Shown here piece by piece: positions 19,699-30,016 of a stretch of 64,000 bases of DNA. Both the position numbers and the translations under genes were made by a program. This DNA is from a virus. Its lineage: Duplodnaviria; Caudoviricetes. The stretch is taken from positions 1 through 64,000 of the IMG/VR virus record IMGVR_UViG_2645727839_000001; one strand, given 5' to 3'. The notes under the pieces are model-generated. The model searched no databases, was not told the DNA's origin, and saw nothing but the letters and a program-made list of their open reading frames with translations. How positions within the stretch are numbered: the stretch's first letter is position 1; each line of letters opens with the position of its first letter.

Positions 19699-21382
19699 AA
19701 TAGCGCACAATGCGGTTCACGCTCGACTTATTAAGCCATCTCGAGAAGTGCGTTTACTTGTGTCAGATATGCTTTCTTTTAAAGTTGATGGTGCAGACTT
19801 CGTAAGCACTACCAGTTGGGACGGCTCAAGCTCATTCTATGCAATGAAGACCGATTCATTCCCTGCCGGATTTGTTCGACTAGTAAAACGTAAGCTCGAG
19901 TTGAGCGGTCACAAAACACAAGTCGTTAGCAAAGCAGCACCAGAACCATTAGGCGAAACTCTTCTCGCACCTCCGGGTTGGGAACCTGATGAACGTTACT
20001 CTTATCAAGCCGAAACCGTTCGCAGACTTATCTCATTAAGAGCAATGATCGCTCGAGTCGCAACAGGTGGTGGTAAGTCTATTATTTGCCAGCTTGCTTA
20101 CCTAAAAATCAAACGCCCTACTCTTTTCGTTACCACTCGAAAATCTCTGATGTACCAGATGGCAGAGGGCTTTGAAGAGATATCCGGCCTTCGTAGCGGC
20201 ATCATCGGTGACGGGCAATTTAAACCTGCTCATATCACTTGTGCAACGGTAGATACGCTAGTCTCTCGACTTGAAGTTACTACCGCAGATACTTATCTAA
20301 CTAAACGTTTAGAAGCAATCGAAGAAGAAGCATATAAAGCGTCTAAAAACGCTCTCAAGCGCGCCAAGCTTCCCTCTAGCGACAACATCATTAGAACAGC
20401 TCCCGACAGCGTGAAAGAGCATGTGAGAATCGTTAAGCAAGCAGCGATAAACGCGGTACGCAGTCAGTACCCGAAAGAAGCTCTCTGGAAAGAAGCCGTT
20501 GCCAAATCAGAACGCCAGAACAAACGAAGACTAGAAACCATTGAGTTCCTAAAGACCATCGAGTTTGCAGTACTTGAGGAAGCTCATGAGGTTTCGGGTA
20601 ATGGGTACTACGACATAATGAGTCACTGTACTAACGCCCATTATCGTCTTGCTCTAACTGCTACCCCATTCCTTAAGGACTCTCAAGAAGCGAACATGAG
20701 ACTCATGGCCTGTACTGGACCCATTGGTATTCATGTTTCCGAGAAAGACCTCATCGATAAAGGCATTCTGGCAACTCCATACTTCAAATACATCGCTATC
20801 AACAAGGTTGCTGGCGTCAATCGTGGTACGCCCTGGCAACGAGCCTATAAATCGGGCGTGGTCGATAACATATCTCGCAATACTCACATCGCAAATGAGT
20901 GTAAACGAGCAAAAAGCTACGGGCTTCCTGCAATGGTTCTTGTACAGCACAAGGAACACGGCAAGAAGTTGGAATCTCTCATCTCCAAGAGTGGCCTAAA
21001 GGTGTCATTCATATTCGGGGATCATGTTCAGGAAGAACGAAAAGAGGCTTTAACAGCCCTAAAGAACGGTCACATTGATGTTTTGATAGGCTCAACAATC
21101 CTAGACGTTGGTGTAGATTGTCCGGCTGTGGGTTTAGTCGTTCTAGCTGGTGGCGGTAAAGCGGAAGTTAACCTTCGTCAGCGTATTGGTCGTGGTCTTC
21201 GAGCTAAGAAGATGGGTCCCAATGTCTGCTTTGTGGTGGACTTTATGGATACCGGAAACAATCACCTCATAAAGCACTCGCGTATGAGAAGAGAGATCGT
21301 AGAAGACACACCGGGCTTTGTCGAAGGCATAGTTACTGGTGATTTTAATTACGAGAAAGTTGGCTTTTCAAAAGTCGCATAA
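19688..21382 (+). CDS. SF2 DEAH-like helicase
   Basis: ATGGGKS, EEAH, TAT, DVGVD, QRIGRGLR motifs. Confidence 0.92.
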   Translation: MIVKIAHNAVHARLIKPSREVRLLVSDMLSFKVDGADFVSTTSWDGSSSFYAMKTDSFPAGFVRLVKRKLELSGHKTQVVSKAAPEPLGETLLAPPGWEPDERYSYQAETVRRLISLRAMIARVATGGGKSIICQLAYLKIKRPTLFVTTRKSLMYQMAEGFEEISGLRSGIIGDGQFKPAHITCATVDTLVSRLEVTTADTYLTKRLEAIEEEAYKASKNALKRAKLPSSDNIIRTAPDSVKEHVRIVKQAAINAVRSQYPKEALWKEAVAKSERQNKRRLETIEFLKTIEFAVLEEAHEVSGNGYYDIMSHCTNAHYRLALTATPFLKDSQEANMRLMACTGPIGIHVSEKDLIDKGILATPYFKYIAINKVAGVNRGTPWQRAYKSGVVDNISRNTHIANECKRAKSYGLPAMVLVQHKEHGKKLESLISKSGLKVSFIFGDHVQEERKEALTALKNGHIDVLIGSTILDVGVDCPAVGLVVLAGGGKAEVNLRQRIGRGLRAKKMGPNVCFVVDFMDTGNNHLIKHSRMRREIVEDTPGFVEGIVTGDFNYEKVGFSKVA

Positions 21383-21389
21383 GGGAAGC

Positions 21390-21521
21390 ATGATCAAGTA
21401 TTACGTAGATGGACAGTTTGTAGCTCAGGTTCGTAGCAATGGTGGGCGAATGCCTTTGGCCACAATTGTGAATTCAGAGCGCAAGCCTATTACTGTTCGA
21501 CCAGAACCTAAGAAGAAATAA
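21390..21521 (+). CDS. Small hypothetical protein (43 aa)
   Basis: ATG after GGGAAG RBS, followed by terminator hairpin. Confidence 0.45.
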   Translation: MIKYYVDGQFVAQVRSNGGRMPLATIVNSERKPITVRPEPKKK

Positions 21522-21547
21522 CACAGGGGCGTAAGCCCCTTTTTAGT

Positions 21548-22018
21548 ATGAAGACTTACGTAGCGATCGGTGATACCGACAATCCAAAATTTCATAAGCT
21601 TGCGAAACTCTTTGCCGCTCGAATGCGTGATAAGGGTTTCACTCTCATAACATGCCATCGAGAACTAGAAGACAGTTTGATGATTGGTGCTAAGGGACAT
21701 GGCTATCGATTTTCAGATAAGGATTTAGACTTTCCCGGTGTCATTACCAAGTTCACCGAGTTCGACAGAATTAAAATGAGATCACTCGACCCTGCCATCA
21801 TCATGAAGCCAATTGCCGAGCAAAAGCTTGCTGCAATGGCTTATCAGATGCTTTTAGGTTTGGATTACTCCGGTAATCGTGCAAAGTTTCTAATTCTTTT
21901 TAACGGTGACAGGGTAACAGAGACTACTATAAGAATTGCCAATAAACAGGGCATCAAGATAGTAGATGTTAGTAAGAAATCCGGTCTTGAGTTTGTGATG
22001 AAGGTGATCAAGTCGTAA
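21548..22018 (+). CDS. Hypothetical protein, possible SLOG/DprA-like fold
   Basis: YVAIG..TETTIRIANKQGIKIVD pattern, weak. Confidence 0.45.
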   Translation: MKTYVAIGDTDNPKFHKLAKLFAARMRDKGFTLITCHRELEDSLMIGAKGHGYRFSDKDLDFPGVITKFTEFDRIKMRSLDPAIIMKPIAEQKLAAMAYQMLLGLDYSGNRAKFLILFNGDRVTETTIRIANKQGIKIVDVSKKSGLEFVMKVIKS

Positions 22019-22100
22019 ATTCTTTATTTACCTATTCTCTCAGACTAATATAAGCATAAGTCACAACTGACTTAACAAGATGAACAAAAAGGAGTAAACA

Positions 22101-22643
22101 ATGGTTATTTCATTCAATCAGCTACACCAACTTATCGAGCAAGGCGTTATCGACGCTCTACCTGAGAACGTGAACGCAGCATCAATCGATATTCGAATTG
22201 GTGATGAAATCATGATTGAAGACACGGTACGCACCGACCAAGTTGTAATTGATTTAGACCAAAAACAGGCACCCAATCTTAAGAAGATCAAGGTTGGTGA
22301 AGAAGGTGTCGTAATCCCACCGGGTGCTTTCTTCCTTGCTACCAGTATCGAGACGTTTAACCTTCCAGATACCATATCTGCTGAATTCAAACTGCGTTCG
22401 TCAGTGGCTCGTTCTGGTCTTCAACACATGCTTGCAGGTTGGTGTGATGCAGGTTGGCATGGCTCTCAGCTAACTATGGAATTCAAAAACGAACTACGTA
22501 ACCACTCTATGCTTGTGAAGCCGGGTATGCGTATCGGCCAGATGGTTTTCTTCGAGCATGAGTCAGCAAGCGAAGGTTCTTACGCCATCAAAGGCCGCTA
22601 CAACAACCAAGTAGGCGTTCAAGAAAGCAAAGGTATTTCGTGA
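22101..22643 (+). CDS. dcd: dCTP deaminase
   Basis: ASIDIRIG, RSSVARSGL, DAGWHG, GMRIGQMVF, GRY. Confidence 0.9.
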   Translation: MVISFNQLHQLIEQGVIDALPENVNAASIDIRIGDEIMIEDTVRTDQVVIDLDQKQAPNLKKIKVGEEGVVIPPGAFFLATSIETFNLPDTISAEFKLRSSVARSGLQHMLAGWCDAGWHGSQLTMEFKNELRNHSMLVKPGMRIGQMVFFEHESASEGSYAIKGRYNNQVGVQESKGIS

Positions 22644-22752
22644 GTTAGTGTAAAAATAAGTAAGCGGTGACTTTACTTATATTTTGCAGGTGTTATGGTC
22701 TTTTCAATAACATTAGCCATTCGTGGGGAGCTTAGCTCCCCTATTTTTTTAT

Positions 22753-23403
22753 ATGCATAAATCAGACATAGAATACGGACAAGTTCTTCTTACGGGTGAG
22801 ATAGCTTTTTATCTCCAACACCCAAAAGGTCGCCTCATCACTGAAAAAAACAAAGCGGAATTTCTCAAGAAATGGATCGGTAGACGCTTAAAGCAAAACA
22901 TCGATAACTCTGCGGTTAAGAAGTGCCTTAAGGCAATAAGAAACGACAAAAGAATAGCTGTTAACTGGACTGCTGCACTGGACGTCTATAACAGGCACGT
23001 AAAGCAATGCCGCAAGTTTGCTGCTGAGAAGACTAATGATCGTCAACTGCTCGATACCGTTGTTAAACGACTCGATGATGAGGGTTACTGCGTCAAAGAA
23101 AACGTTCAGATTGGAGCCACGTTCAATGAGGCCGAGAACATACGACACAAGAACTCTGGTGCTTTTCTAGTGATGGAGGCCGTCAATCAAGAGTTTGAAG
23201 ATGGCACTGTGCCAACTGGGCGATACCTTAGATTTTTAGTTACGTCCAAGAACGTAATGATGCGGTCTGTAGCTCTATTGGAAGATGCTTGCTTCCCTGT
23301 TCAATGTACTGAGCGCGAGGGGATCATCGCTGTTCGTTCCGCACAGGAGCATATAGGGATGGTTTTAGGAATGCTTGGAGAGAATCAAGATGACCGAAAT
23401 TAG
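22753..23403 (+). CDS. Hypothetical protein
   Basis: Long ORF; start reassigned to ATG after terminator. Confidence 0.6.
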   Translation: MHKSDIEYGQVLLTGEIAFYLQHPKGRLITEKNKAEFLKKWIGRRLKQNIDNSAVKKCLKAIRNDKRIAVNWTAALDVYNRHVKQCRKFAAEKTNDRQLLDTVVKRLDDEGYCVKENVQIGATFNEAENIRHKNSGAFLVMEAVNQEFEDGTVPTGRYLRFLVTSKNVMMRSVALLEDACFPVQCTEREGIIAVRSAQEHIGMVLGMLGENQDDRN

Positions 23404-23683
23404 AACTGAAAAATTACCCCATGATAGTAGCCCTAGTTGCCCCAACTGTAGGAAGACCTTAGATGGCTTTACAAGTCTACAGGGGTCATCTCCATCAGTG
23501 GGTGACGTTACTATCTGCCTTTACTGCAACTCTACGCTCGAGTTTGTGAACATACTTGGCAAACTAGACCTAAAGCCGGTATCAGCCGATGCCTTAATGG
23601 GTGTGGACTTTGTTGAGTTACAGCAAAATCGAAATCTGGCGAGTGCAGTGTTTAATGAAAAACAATATATGGATAAAAAATGA
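23390..23683 (+). CDS. Zinc-ribbon hypothetical protein
   Basis: CPNC..CLYC; GGAG RBS. Confidence 0.6.
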   Translation: MTEIRTEKLPHDSSPSCPNCRKTLDGFTSLQGSSPSVGDVTICLYCNSTLEFVNILGKLDLKPVSADALMGVDFVELQQNRNLASAVFNEKQYMDKK

Positions 23684-24078
23684 AATTTTTAAGAACAAAA
23701 GAAGAGTTTATTCGAGTAGATCAGATCTTATTAGCGTTTGAAGGTGAATATCTCGAGCGTGAACACTCGATTTTCTTACTTAGAAAGGGTAAGAGAGAAT
23801 TAGAGAAATTTACCATTCCAAGATCTTATCCGTCTCAAGTTAACCTTAAAGAGCTTGGGCTAGAAAGCAAAGACATTAGCCCAGCCGATCATCAAGACTC
23901 TTTAGTTTTCGCAAGAAGAGAAATTTGGGACAAAGTGATTTCATTTAAGGATATTGAAACAGGCTGTTTGCTGACGTTTGATATCTTTAAGGATAATGCT
24001 GAATTTGAATATGATGCCGCGTTCAAATTAAAGGTTTCAAGCCTAATTTCTCACCTTAATTCAGCACTTAATAAATAA
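23680..24078 (+). CDS. Hypothetical protein (AT-rich)
   Basis: 132 aa ORF coupled by ATGA overlap. Confidence 0.55.
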   Translation: MKFLRTKEEFIRVDQILLAFEGEYLEREHSIFLLRKGKRELEKFTIPRSYPSQVNLKELGLESKDISPADHQDSLVFARREIWDKVISFKDIETGCLLTFDIFKDNAEFEYDAAFKLKVSSLISHLNSALNK

Positions 24079-24114
24079 ACTTTGATAGTTGTTTGGGGGC
24101 GTTAGCCCCCTTTT

Positions 24115-24801
24115 TTACGCCTCGATATTCTTCTTGTTTTTACCAATCTTAAATTCCAAAGCAACAACACTCCTGCCCTGTTTGATCGGTTCGTAAGTTA
24201 CGAAAATATCAGAGGTATCGTTGATCTCTTTGATACACGGTTCAAGTATCTTTGAACGTAGGAATTTAAAGGCGTTGTAGCTCGCTCCTAGCATCAAACG
24301 CTCTCGGATGAACCCTAGCTCCATTTTTCGTCTACCAAGCTTCTCATGCTGTTTGAAGAGCTGATAGAAGCGGTATGAGTACTTCTTCTGGAAATCCGTA
24401 ACGTATTCTAAGCCGTAAGCCGTGTAATCGTGCAAAAGCATCTGGAAGAAAGGACGAAGATCGTGGTTAAGTTTTAGGGTAACTGTTCCCGTTCGGTGCT
24501 GAATTCGAGCCGTAACCCAGTTAATGTCTGCCTTTGAACCATCTTCCTCGTTGTATATCCATAACTTCTTGTCACGAATTCCGTTTACAGCCTTGCGTAA
24601 TTCACCGTAACTGCGGTCTTGGTTTATCTTAAAAGCACGAGCAAAATCAGGTGGGGATATCTCGAAATAAAGGTCATGTTCCTTCAAATCTTGCACTGTA
24701 CTAAGTGCGAATAATATCAGTCTAAGCTCCTGTAATTTCAGGTCAAACGCAGCCTCTATAAGCTCATTGGCTTGCGTTATATTCCTCACTTCTTTCTTCA
24801 T
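24115..24801 (-). CDS. Plasmid replication initiator (Rep_3/RepB family)
   Basis: QANELIEA, YSYRFYQL, ILEPCIKEIN..SDI..K.GRSV motifs; adjacent iterons. Confidence 0.92.
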   Translation of the reverse strand: MKKEVRNITQANELIEAAFDLKLQELRLILFALSTVQDLKEHDLYFEISPPDFARAFKINQDRSYGELRKAVNGIRDKKLWIYNEEDGSKADINWVTARIQHRTGTVTLKLNHDLRPFFQMLLHDYTAYGLEYVTDFQKKYSYRFYQLFKQHEKLGRRKMELGFIRERLMLGASYNAFKFLRSKILEPCIKEINDTSDIFVTYEPIKQGRSVVALEFKIGKNKKNIEA

Positions 24802-24932
24802 GAGTTCTCTCTGTGTGTAGTGGTGTTAGAGTAGAATACATCGTAACAAGTAGAACGCAATAGTACGATTTCTACCCTACTTGTATAAGCTGTGGTTAAC
24901 GTGTACATAACCCTGTATAAGCTGTTATATCT

Positions 24933-25048
24933 ACAGCGAATCTATATACCCTTAACAGCGAAAACGTATACCCCAAACAGCGAATCTATATACCCTTGAC
25001 AGCGAATTCGTATACCTAAACCCCCAAATCACAGCGAAAACGTATACC
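24933..25048 (+). repeat. Five 18-bp iterons ACAGCGAAwnnnwTACC
   Basis: Copies at 24933, 24955, 24977, 24999 (22-bp period) and 25031. Confidence 0.92.
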
Positions 25049-25059
25049 TTTTGTTCTGT

Positions 25060-25200
25060 AACTATATGATCTTATTCAGGAAAAACAGCCCTAAAATATT
25101 AAAATATAAGATCTTAAAAGAATAGATCTTAAAATAGATCTTAAAATATATTCTTTATAGAAAATAAAAATAGCAGGGTAAATTTTAGAGATAAGTAACT
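25060..25200. promoter_or_regulatory. AT-rich origin unwinding region with AGATCTTAAAA repeats
   Basis: Three AGATCTTAAAA units and dense GATC sites next to the iterons. Confidence 0.7.
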
Positions 25201-25446
25201 GGTGATTATTTCACCTAACAGATCTAGCGATCGGTTATTTGAAAAACTACTACTCGATCGTGAAATACTTCGACGCTCTGAATCGCACGCTAAGCACTGG
25301 TTCTTGAATAACTTGAACACTGAGTCAAAGAAATATAAAAAACTCGATAGAGAGCGATTTAGACGCGTTCTGATAGATTTACAGCGCAAGATCATAATGC
25401 AAGATCGATAATGATCAAAAACCGATCATCTCATTGATTTTAAAGG

Positions 25447-25530
25447 ACAGCGAATCTTTCTACCTTTAAATGTGAAACGGATCACAGCGAATTCTTATAC
25501 CTGTTAACGTATACAGCGAATTCTTCTACC
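25447..25530 (+). repeat. Three additional control iterons
   Basis: ACAGCGAAT..TACC at 25447, 25484, 25513. Confidence 0.85.
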
Positions 25531-25561
25531 TTTAAAAAAGGAGGCTTAAAGCCCCCTTAAA

Positions 25562-26152
25562 TCAATCACTTGCAACCATATTCTGCTTGGCATTTAGCAT
25601 CTGATAGAACTTAGCTCGGCTAATTCCGAGGCTCTTAGCAATCTCCGTCTTTGAGCTTCCCTGGCTCACCCATTCGCTAACTTCCTCTAGTGTGAAGTCA
25701 ACGGTGACAGCAGGACGGCCTAGCACCTTGCCCTTGGCTTTAGCTTTGGCTAACCCCTCTGCTTGTCGCTCTAGAATCAACTCACGTTCCATTTGAGCTA
25801 CTGTTGCCAAAATTCCTAGTATTCCTTTCTGAGTTGCGGTCATTTTGCTGTAGAACTGCAAACCATCTTTGTGAAATACGATATTCACGCCTCGAGCTGT
25901 TAATTCTTCAACAAGCTTTACGGCATCGCCAGCACCGGAACGACAAACGCGATCTAGTGAGTGAATGTGGAGCGTATCGCCATCTCGTAGATATTTTAGA
26001 CAACTTTGCAATTCAGGACGCTTAATTGTGCTTGCTGATAATTTTTCCTCAAAAACACGATCAAGCTGTACACCATCTAATTGCCTGTCTGTGTTTTGAT
26101 AAGCTGCTGATACACGAATGTACCCAACATTTTGTCCATTTGTAGTACTCAT
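25562..26152 (-). CDS. Serine resolvase
   Basis: GYIRVS, RPEL..CL..LRDGD, SLDR, ERELILERQ, GRP, C-terminal HTH. Confidence 0.93.
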   Translation of the reverse strand: MSTTNGQNVGYIRVSAAYQNTDRQLDGVQLDRVFEEKLSASTIKRPELQSCLKYLRDGDTLHIHSLDRVCRSGAGDAVKLVEELTARGVNIVFHKDGLQFYSKMTATQKGILGILATVAQMERELILERQAEGLAKAKAKGKVLGRPAVTVDFTLEEVSEWVSQGSSKTEIAKSLGISRAKFYQMLNAKQNMVASD

Positions 26153-26163
26153 AGCCCCTACTC

Positions 26164-26271
26164 TGTCTATTAAACTCTAAGAGAGCCTAGACAATACGTG
26201 TCTATAAATTAAAAATCAATTTAAATAGACATACCACTCCATACTGTCTAAAAAGTGTGGTTTTGTAGACA
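26164..26271. promoter_or_regulatory. res site with three subsites
   Basis: Three TGTCTA..TAGACA inverted repeats at 26164-26193, 26199-26231, 26245-26271 upstream of the resolvase. Confidence 0.85.
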
Positions 26272-26408
26272 ACTCCTTTGGGCAAAAATGGGTGGTTTCG
26301 TTAAGGGATGCCCTTTTGTAACCGATTTATTTTGAGAGGTGGGTTTACAGGTGTAAGTCCTTGTGCTGAGTGATGTTATAATTAGCTTCACACTAACAAG
26401 GAGAAATC

Positions 26409-26702
26409 ATGACAGAACATGAATTTAAAAAGCTTGAGAAGATGGCACTATCGGTTTCAAGTTACGCTTCACAAAGGGCTGCGCAATCAGAAATTAGGGA
26501 AATGGAGTTCTTTGCAAACACTCTCAAAGAACCATGCGATTCATACCTTAACGAAAAGCTCTCGAATGTAGTCAATGACGCCAAAGAAGCCTGTAAACAA
26601 GGTGTTGAGGCCGACTTCAAGATGTCATGTTTAATGACAAGCCTTTCTAAGTTGCAAGGAGCAATGGGGTCTGCAAAAACTCGAGCTGAAATGTTTGGGT
26701 AA
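26409..26702 (+). CDS. Hypothetical protein
   Basis: AAGGAG RBS, own TATAAT and terminator. Confidence 0.65.
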   Translation: MTEHEFKKLEKMALSVSSYASQRAAQSEIREMEFFANTLKEPCDSYLNEKLSNVVNDAKEACKQGVEADFKMSCLMTSLSKLQGAMGSAKTRAEMFG

Positions 26703-26737
26703 GGCGGTTGTCAAAGAGGGGCATTAAGCCCCTCTTC

Positions 26738-27046
26738 TTACAAGCAAACTCCGTGACTAGTACCGTCCGGTAGCTCGATATCGATTTTCAGTTTACAGCC
26801 AGCTGCTTCAACGTAACGCTTCAAAGAAGTCAGACGTAGGTTCTGACCTTCCTTCTCCAAGTTCGCTACTGTCGGTTGAGTAATACCCATAGCTGTAGCA
26901 AGCTCAACTTGAGACAGTTTTGCAATCTTGCGAAGCTCAGCTAGTTGAAGGTCAAACAGCATTTCCTCTGTTTTAGCTTTTGCTGCTTCTAGCACCTCTG
27001 GTGCCATTTTCGCGTCAAGTGCGCTTAGTGGATTGCTCTTAGCCAT
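26738..27046 (-). CDS. higA: HigA-type XRE HTH antitoxin
   Basis: LSQVELATAMGITQPTVANLE HTH; downstream of toxin. Confidence 0.85.
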   Translation of the reverse strand: MAKSNPLSALDAKMAPEVLEAAKAKTEEMLFDLQLAELRKIAKLSQVELATAMGITQPTVANLEKEGQNLRLTSLKRYVEAAGCKLKIDIELPDGTSHGVCL

Positions 27047-27386
27047 TTTTCAGCTCCTCTAGATGCTCATCGTACTCTGCATCGGCCATTGGGATCATGT
27101 CTTTGTAGAATCGTTTATCTCCGGTTTTATCTCCACCGCACAAAACGATACCTGTTCTAGTTGGGTCAAAAGCAAAGAAAATGCGAATTGGTTTTCCGTT
27201 GCTCTGAACTCGTAGCTCTTTCATGTTTGTGTGCTTTGAGCCATTGAGTGTGTCAGCGTGAGGTCTTGGTAACTGTGGACCCTTTTCGACTAACAAACCC
27301 AAAGAAGCACGAACGTTTATTTGGTCATCTGGCTCTAAACTTAAGAACCAATCGTCAAACAACTCTCTAGTTGATACGTCCCACAT
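27039..27386 (-). CDS. higB: HigB/RelE-family toxin
   Basis: GPQLPRPHADTL.GS, MKELRV, RIFFAFDP.R, GGDK. Confidence 0.88.
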   Translation of the reverse strand: MWDVSTRELFDDWFLSLEPDDQINVRASLGLLVEKGPQLPRPHADTLNGSKHTNMKELRVQSNGKPIRIFFAFDPTRTGIVLCGGDKTGDKRFYKDMIPMADAEYDEHLEELKNG

Positions 27387-27554
27387 AACTCTCTCTGCAA
27401 TGAATTATAGAACATATTCTATATAGATCAAAGTCTATATTCAACATTAGCCATCATGTTTTTGTCACGTATTGTGTAACTTGGTTAAGCGATCATGGTT
27501 GACCATCTCTTATGCTTGTATAATCATAAGGTAACCCCTCAAAGAGACTAAGAG

Positions 27555-27962
27555 ATGGATCCGAAGAATCTAGACAAGGTAATCAACAAGATTTCCAAAA
27601 TGTCAGAAAAAGAGATGAGTGATGTGGCTAGTGAAATGGCGCGTTATGAAGGCGACCGAGAAGCTAAAGAGTTTGGTATCGAACGACTAACCATTCTTAC
27701 CTCTTCTGACACTGAGATACTCCTAATCAAACCAAATCAGTTGTTCCCATCATGGCAGCTCAATTTATTCGGGAGTGGCAGTATTAATTTTGATGGCCAG
27801 CCGGATTTCGAATGTAGTGAAATTCCCGGAAGCCTTTATAGATTCGCTGTCAAAGACGGAAGTGTGACTTATTGGGCTGATGCTAAGGATAGATTTCAGT
27901 TAGACAAGATTTCTAAGTTTGTCGGAGTTGAGATAGTTAACCCAATTGAAACTAGCTCATAA
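27555..27962 (+). CDS. Hypothetical protein
   Basis: 135 aa ORF with own promoter-like sequence and terminator. Confidence 0.6.
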   Translation: MDPKNLDKVINKISKMSEKEMSDVASEMARYEGDREAKEFGIERLTILTSSDTEILLIKPNQLFPSWQLNLFGSGSINFDGQPDFECSEIPGSLYRFAVKDGSVTYWADAKDRFQLDKISKFVGVEIVNPIETSS

Positions 27963-28032
27963 AAAAAGGGCGCATAATGCGCCCTTTTGGTTAGTCGGCC
28001 CTACAGTAGCTCTTCATTTTCAAAACTGAACG

Positions 28033-28470
28033 TTATGTCAGAGAAGCAGAAGAGCTGATCGACTTCTTTATGATTTTTGCTCTTGTGTTGTCGTAAATTA
28101 AGTTGAACAAAAATGCGTAAACCGTGAGGAAAAGTGAAACGCCAACGTCCATCCAAAATGCTTCCATAAAACCAACACCTAAGATGTGTGCTATCACTGG
28201 TATCGTTAGAACCAACAAGCCAATCTCAAATAAGGTTACGTGAAACACGCGAAACAAAAATGTACGTTTGGTTTTATCCCCTTTTGCGAACTGATCAAAA
28301 ACCCAGTTGAAAACAAAGTTCCAAATCATCGCTATCGTAGCTACCATGATCATAGTACCGGACAGTGCGCTAGTATCATGGTTCGTAAATAGTGCTAATC
28401 CAACTATTGATATTATTACGGCTAAAACTTCAAATAATATCGCTTGAAATACTCGCTCCAGAGTTCCCAT
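28033..28470 (-). CDS. PACE family efflux transporter
   Basis: ERVFQAILFE, WNFVFNWVFD, RVFHVTLFE, YAFLFNLIYD. Confidence 0.88.
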   Translation of the reverse strand: MGTLERVFQAILFEVLAVIISIVGLALFTNHDTSALSGTMIMVATIAMIWNFVFNWVFDQFAKGDKTKRTFLFRVFHVTLFEIGLLVLTIPVIAHILGVGFMEAFWMDVGVSLFLTVYAFLFNLIYDNTRAKIIKKSISSSASLT

Positions 28471-28721
28471 TTGCTTAATCTCTCTTTGTGTAGTTTGCAC
28501 TAAGTGTGCTGAATAAGTGAGAGCGATTATATGAGTACGTTTTCGGGGTTTGTCTCAATCTAAAGTATGAGATGTCGAGTTAATTAAAAAATATGAACAG
28601 AAGTTTTTATTTTCATTCGAAGGTACAATTGAAAAATAGGGGTAAACTTACCCCTTACCGATTTATCAGCGTCTTTCGTCTTAATAATACAGTCACTAGT
28701 GACTTAGTTAAAGGGTGATTT

Positions 28722-29030
28722 ATGGCAGATAAACCGAGAGCTGGCCCTGCGTGGGCTGCGCAGATGGCGACAGTCATTGTGACAAGCGTAACGATGATGG
28801 TGGGATGGATTGTTTTTACGGTAAACCAGAACCAAATTTCAATCGTTGCAATTGACCAAAGGCTTGAAGCTATTTCGGAACGAAGTGATATGAGAGCAGG
28901 TCATGTGGATGATGAACTCTCAAGTATCAGCAAGAAACTCGACAGCTTGACTGACATTTTAATTGGAGAAATTAAGATTCAGTCAGTTGCTAAGGTTTCT
29001 GAAGATGACAACAAGGATGCAGGGGGCTAA
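28722..29030 (+). CDS. Single-TM coiled-coil membrane protein
   Basis: N-terminal hydrophobic helix then coiled coil. Confidence 0.6.
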   Translation: MADKPRAGPAWAAQMATVIVTSVTMMVGWIVFTVNQNQISIVAIDQRLEAISERSDMRAGHVDDELSSISKKLDSLTDILIGEIKIQSVAKVSEDDNKDAGG

Positions 29031-29053
29031 GCCCCCTTTTTTATATTTGAGGA

Positions 29054-30016
29054 ATGGAAAGTATGGAATGGAAAGTAGAATCGCACAGCTCAACAACGTG
29101 GGATGAAGTCCTTTATGTAGAAGACACTACAACCGAGAGATTAGGCACTTTCGATGTGCGCAAGTACACCTTTGAGAAGAAAGGCGACAAGAAGATTGCC
29201 GCATTCGCAGAGGGCCACACTCGAATTGCTCCAACCTGGGCGATGATGTACCTCTCTACCCTCTCTGGTTGTCCAGTGGGTTGTAAGATGTGCGGAACGG
29301 TAGGAACGTTCGTAAACAAACTATCTGCCGAGCAGATGATTGACCAAATCGAGATCATGATGCAATGCATGACCCTTGATGAAGCCGACATGGATAGTCT
29401 TTTGATTAAGTGGATGTACATGGGCGAACCAATGCTCAACGCTCGAGAGTACACCAAAGCACTTCGGTACATTCTAGAAAAGTACCCTAACTGGAATCAC
29501 GTAATCTCTACCACCTGCCCTAGCGTAGACTTCGAACCTCTTTATGAGATTGGTCGCGACTTCGGGGATCGTATTGAGTTCACTATCTCAATTCATGGCA
29601 TTTCTGAGCTAGAACGTAATCAGGTTATTCCATTTCAAGGCAAGATGACGCTGCAAGGTGCTATCGAAGTTGGTGAGAAGTGGTTTGATATTACTGGTCG
29701 CAAAGTCAGTTACTCATACAACCTACTAAACTCTCGAGAGAGTGAATCCGAAGTTAAGACGCTGGTGGAGTTGTTTGACGTAAACAAGTGGATTCCATGT
29801 ATTCAGTACATGCACACCATCGACGAAGACCAAGTGGACAACGAAAACCGCAATCATATTGAATGGTGTGATGCTGCTGACGCGAAAGTTGATGCCTTTA
29901 TGGAAATGCTTCGTCAGCGTGGTTACTCGCGAACGCAAGGTTACTACACTAATCGAGATGAGCTTAAACGAGGTTGCGGCTCTCTAATTGAATTTCAGAG
30001 TTACCTTAAACGATAA
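29054..30016 (+). CDS. RlmN/Cfr-like radical SAM protein
   Basis: CPVGCKMC, MGEP, SIH, C-terminal GCG(S)L. Confidence 0.8.
   Translation: MESMEWKVESHSSTTWDEVLYVEDTTTERLGTFDVRKYTFEKKGDKKIAAFAEGHTRIAPTWAMMYLSTLSGCPVGCKMCGTVGTFVNKLSAEQMIDQIEIMMQCMTLDEADMDSLLIKWMYMGEPMLNAREYTKALRYILEKYPNWNHVISTTCPSVDFEPLYEIGRDFGDRIEFTISIHGISELERNQVIPFQGKMTLQGAIEVGEKWFDITGRKVSYSYNLLNSRESESEVKTLVELFDVNKWIPCIQYMHTIDEDQVDNENRNHIEWCDAADAKVDAFMEMLRQRGYSRTQGYYTNRDELKRGCGSLIEFQSYLKR

Noticed and set aside
24933-25048. Short direct repeats as a mini-CRISPR
   Set aside because: 22-bp period next to a Rep_3 gene fits iterons
25141-25411. ORFs 25141-25395 and 25202-25411
   Set aside because: Lie within the origin between iteron arrays, no RBS; probably spurious
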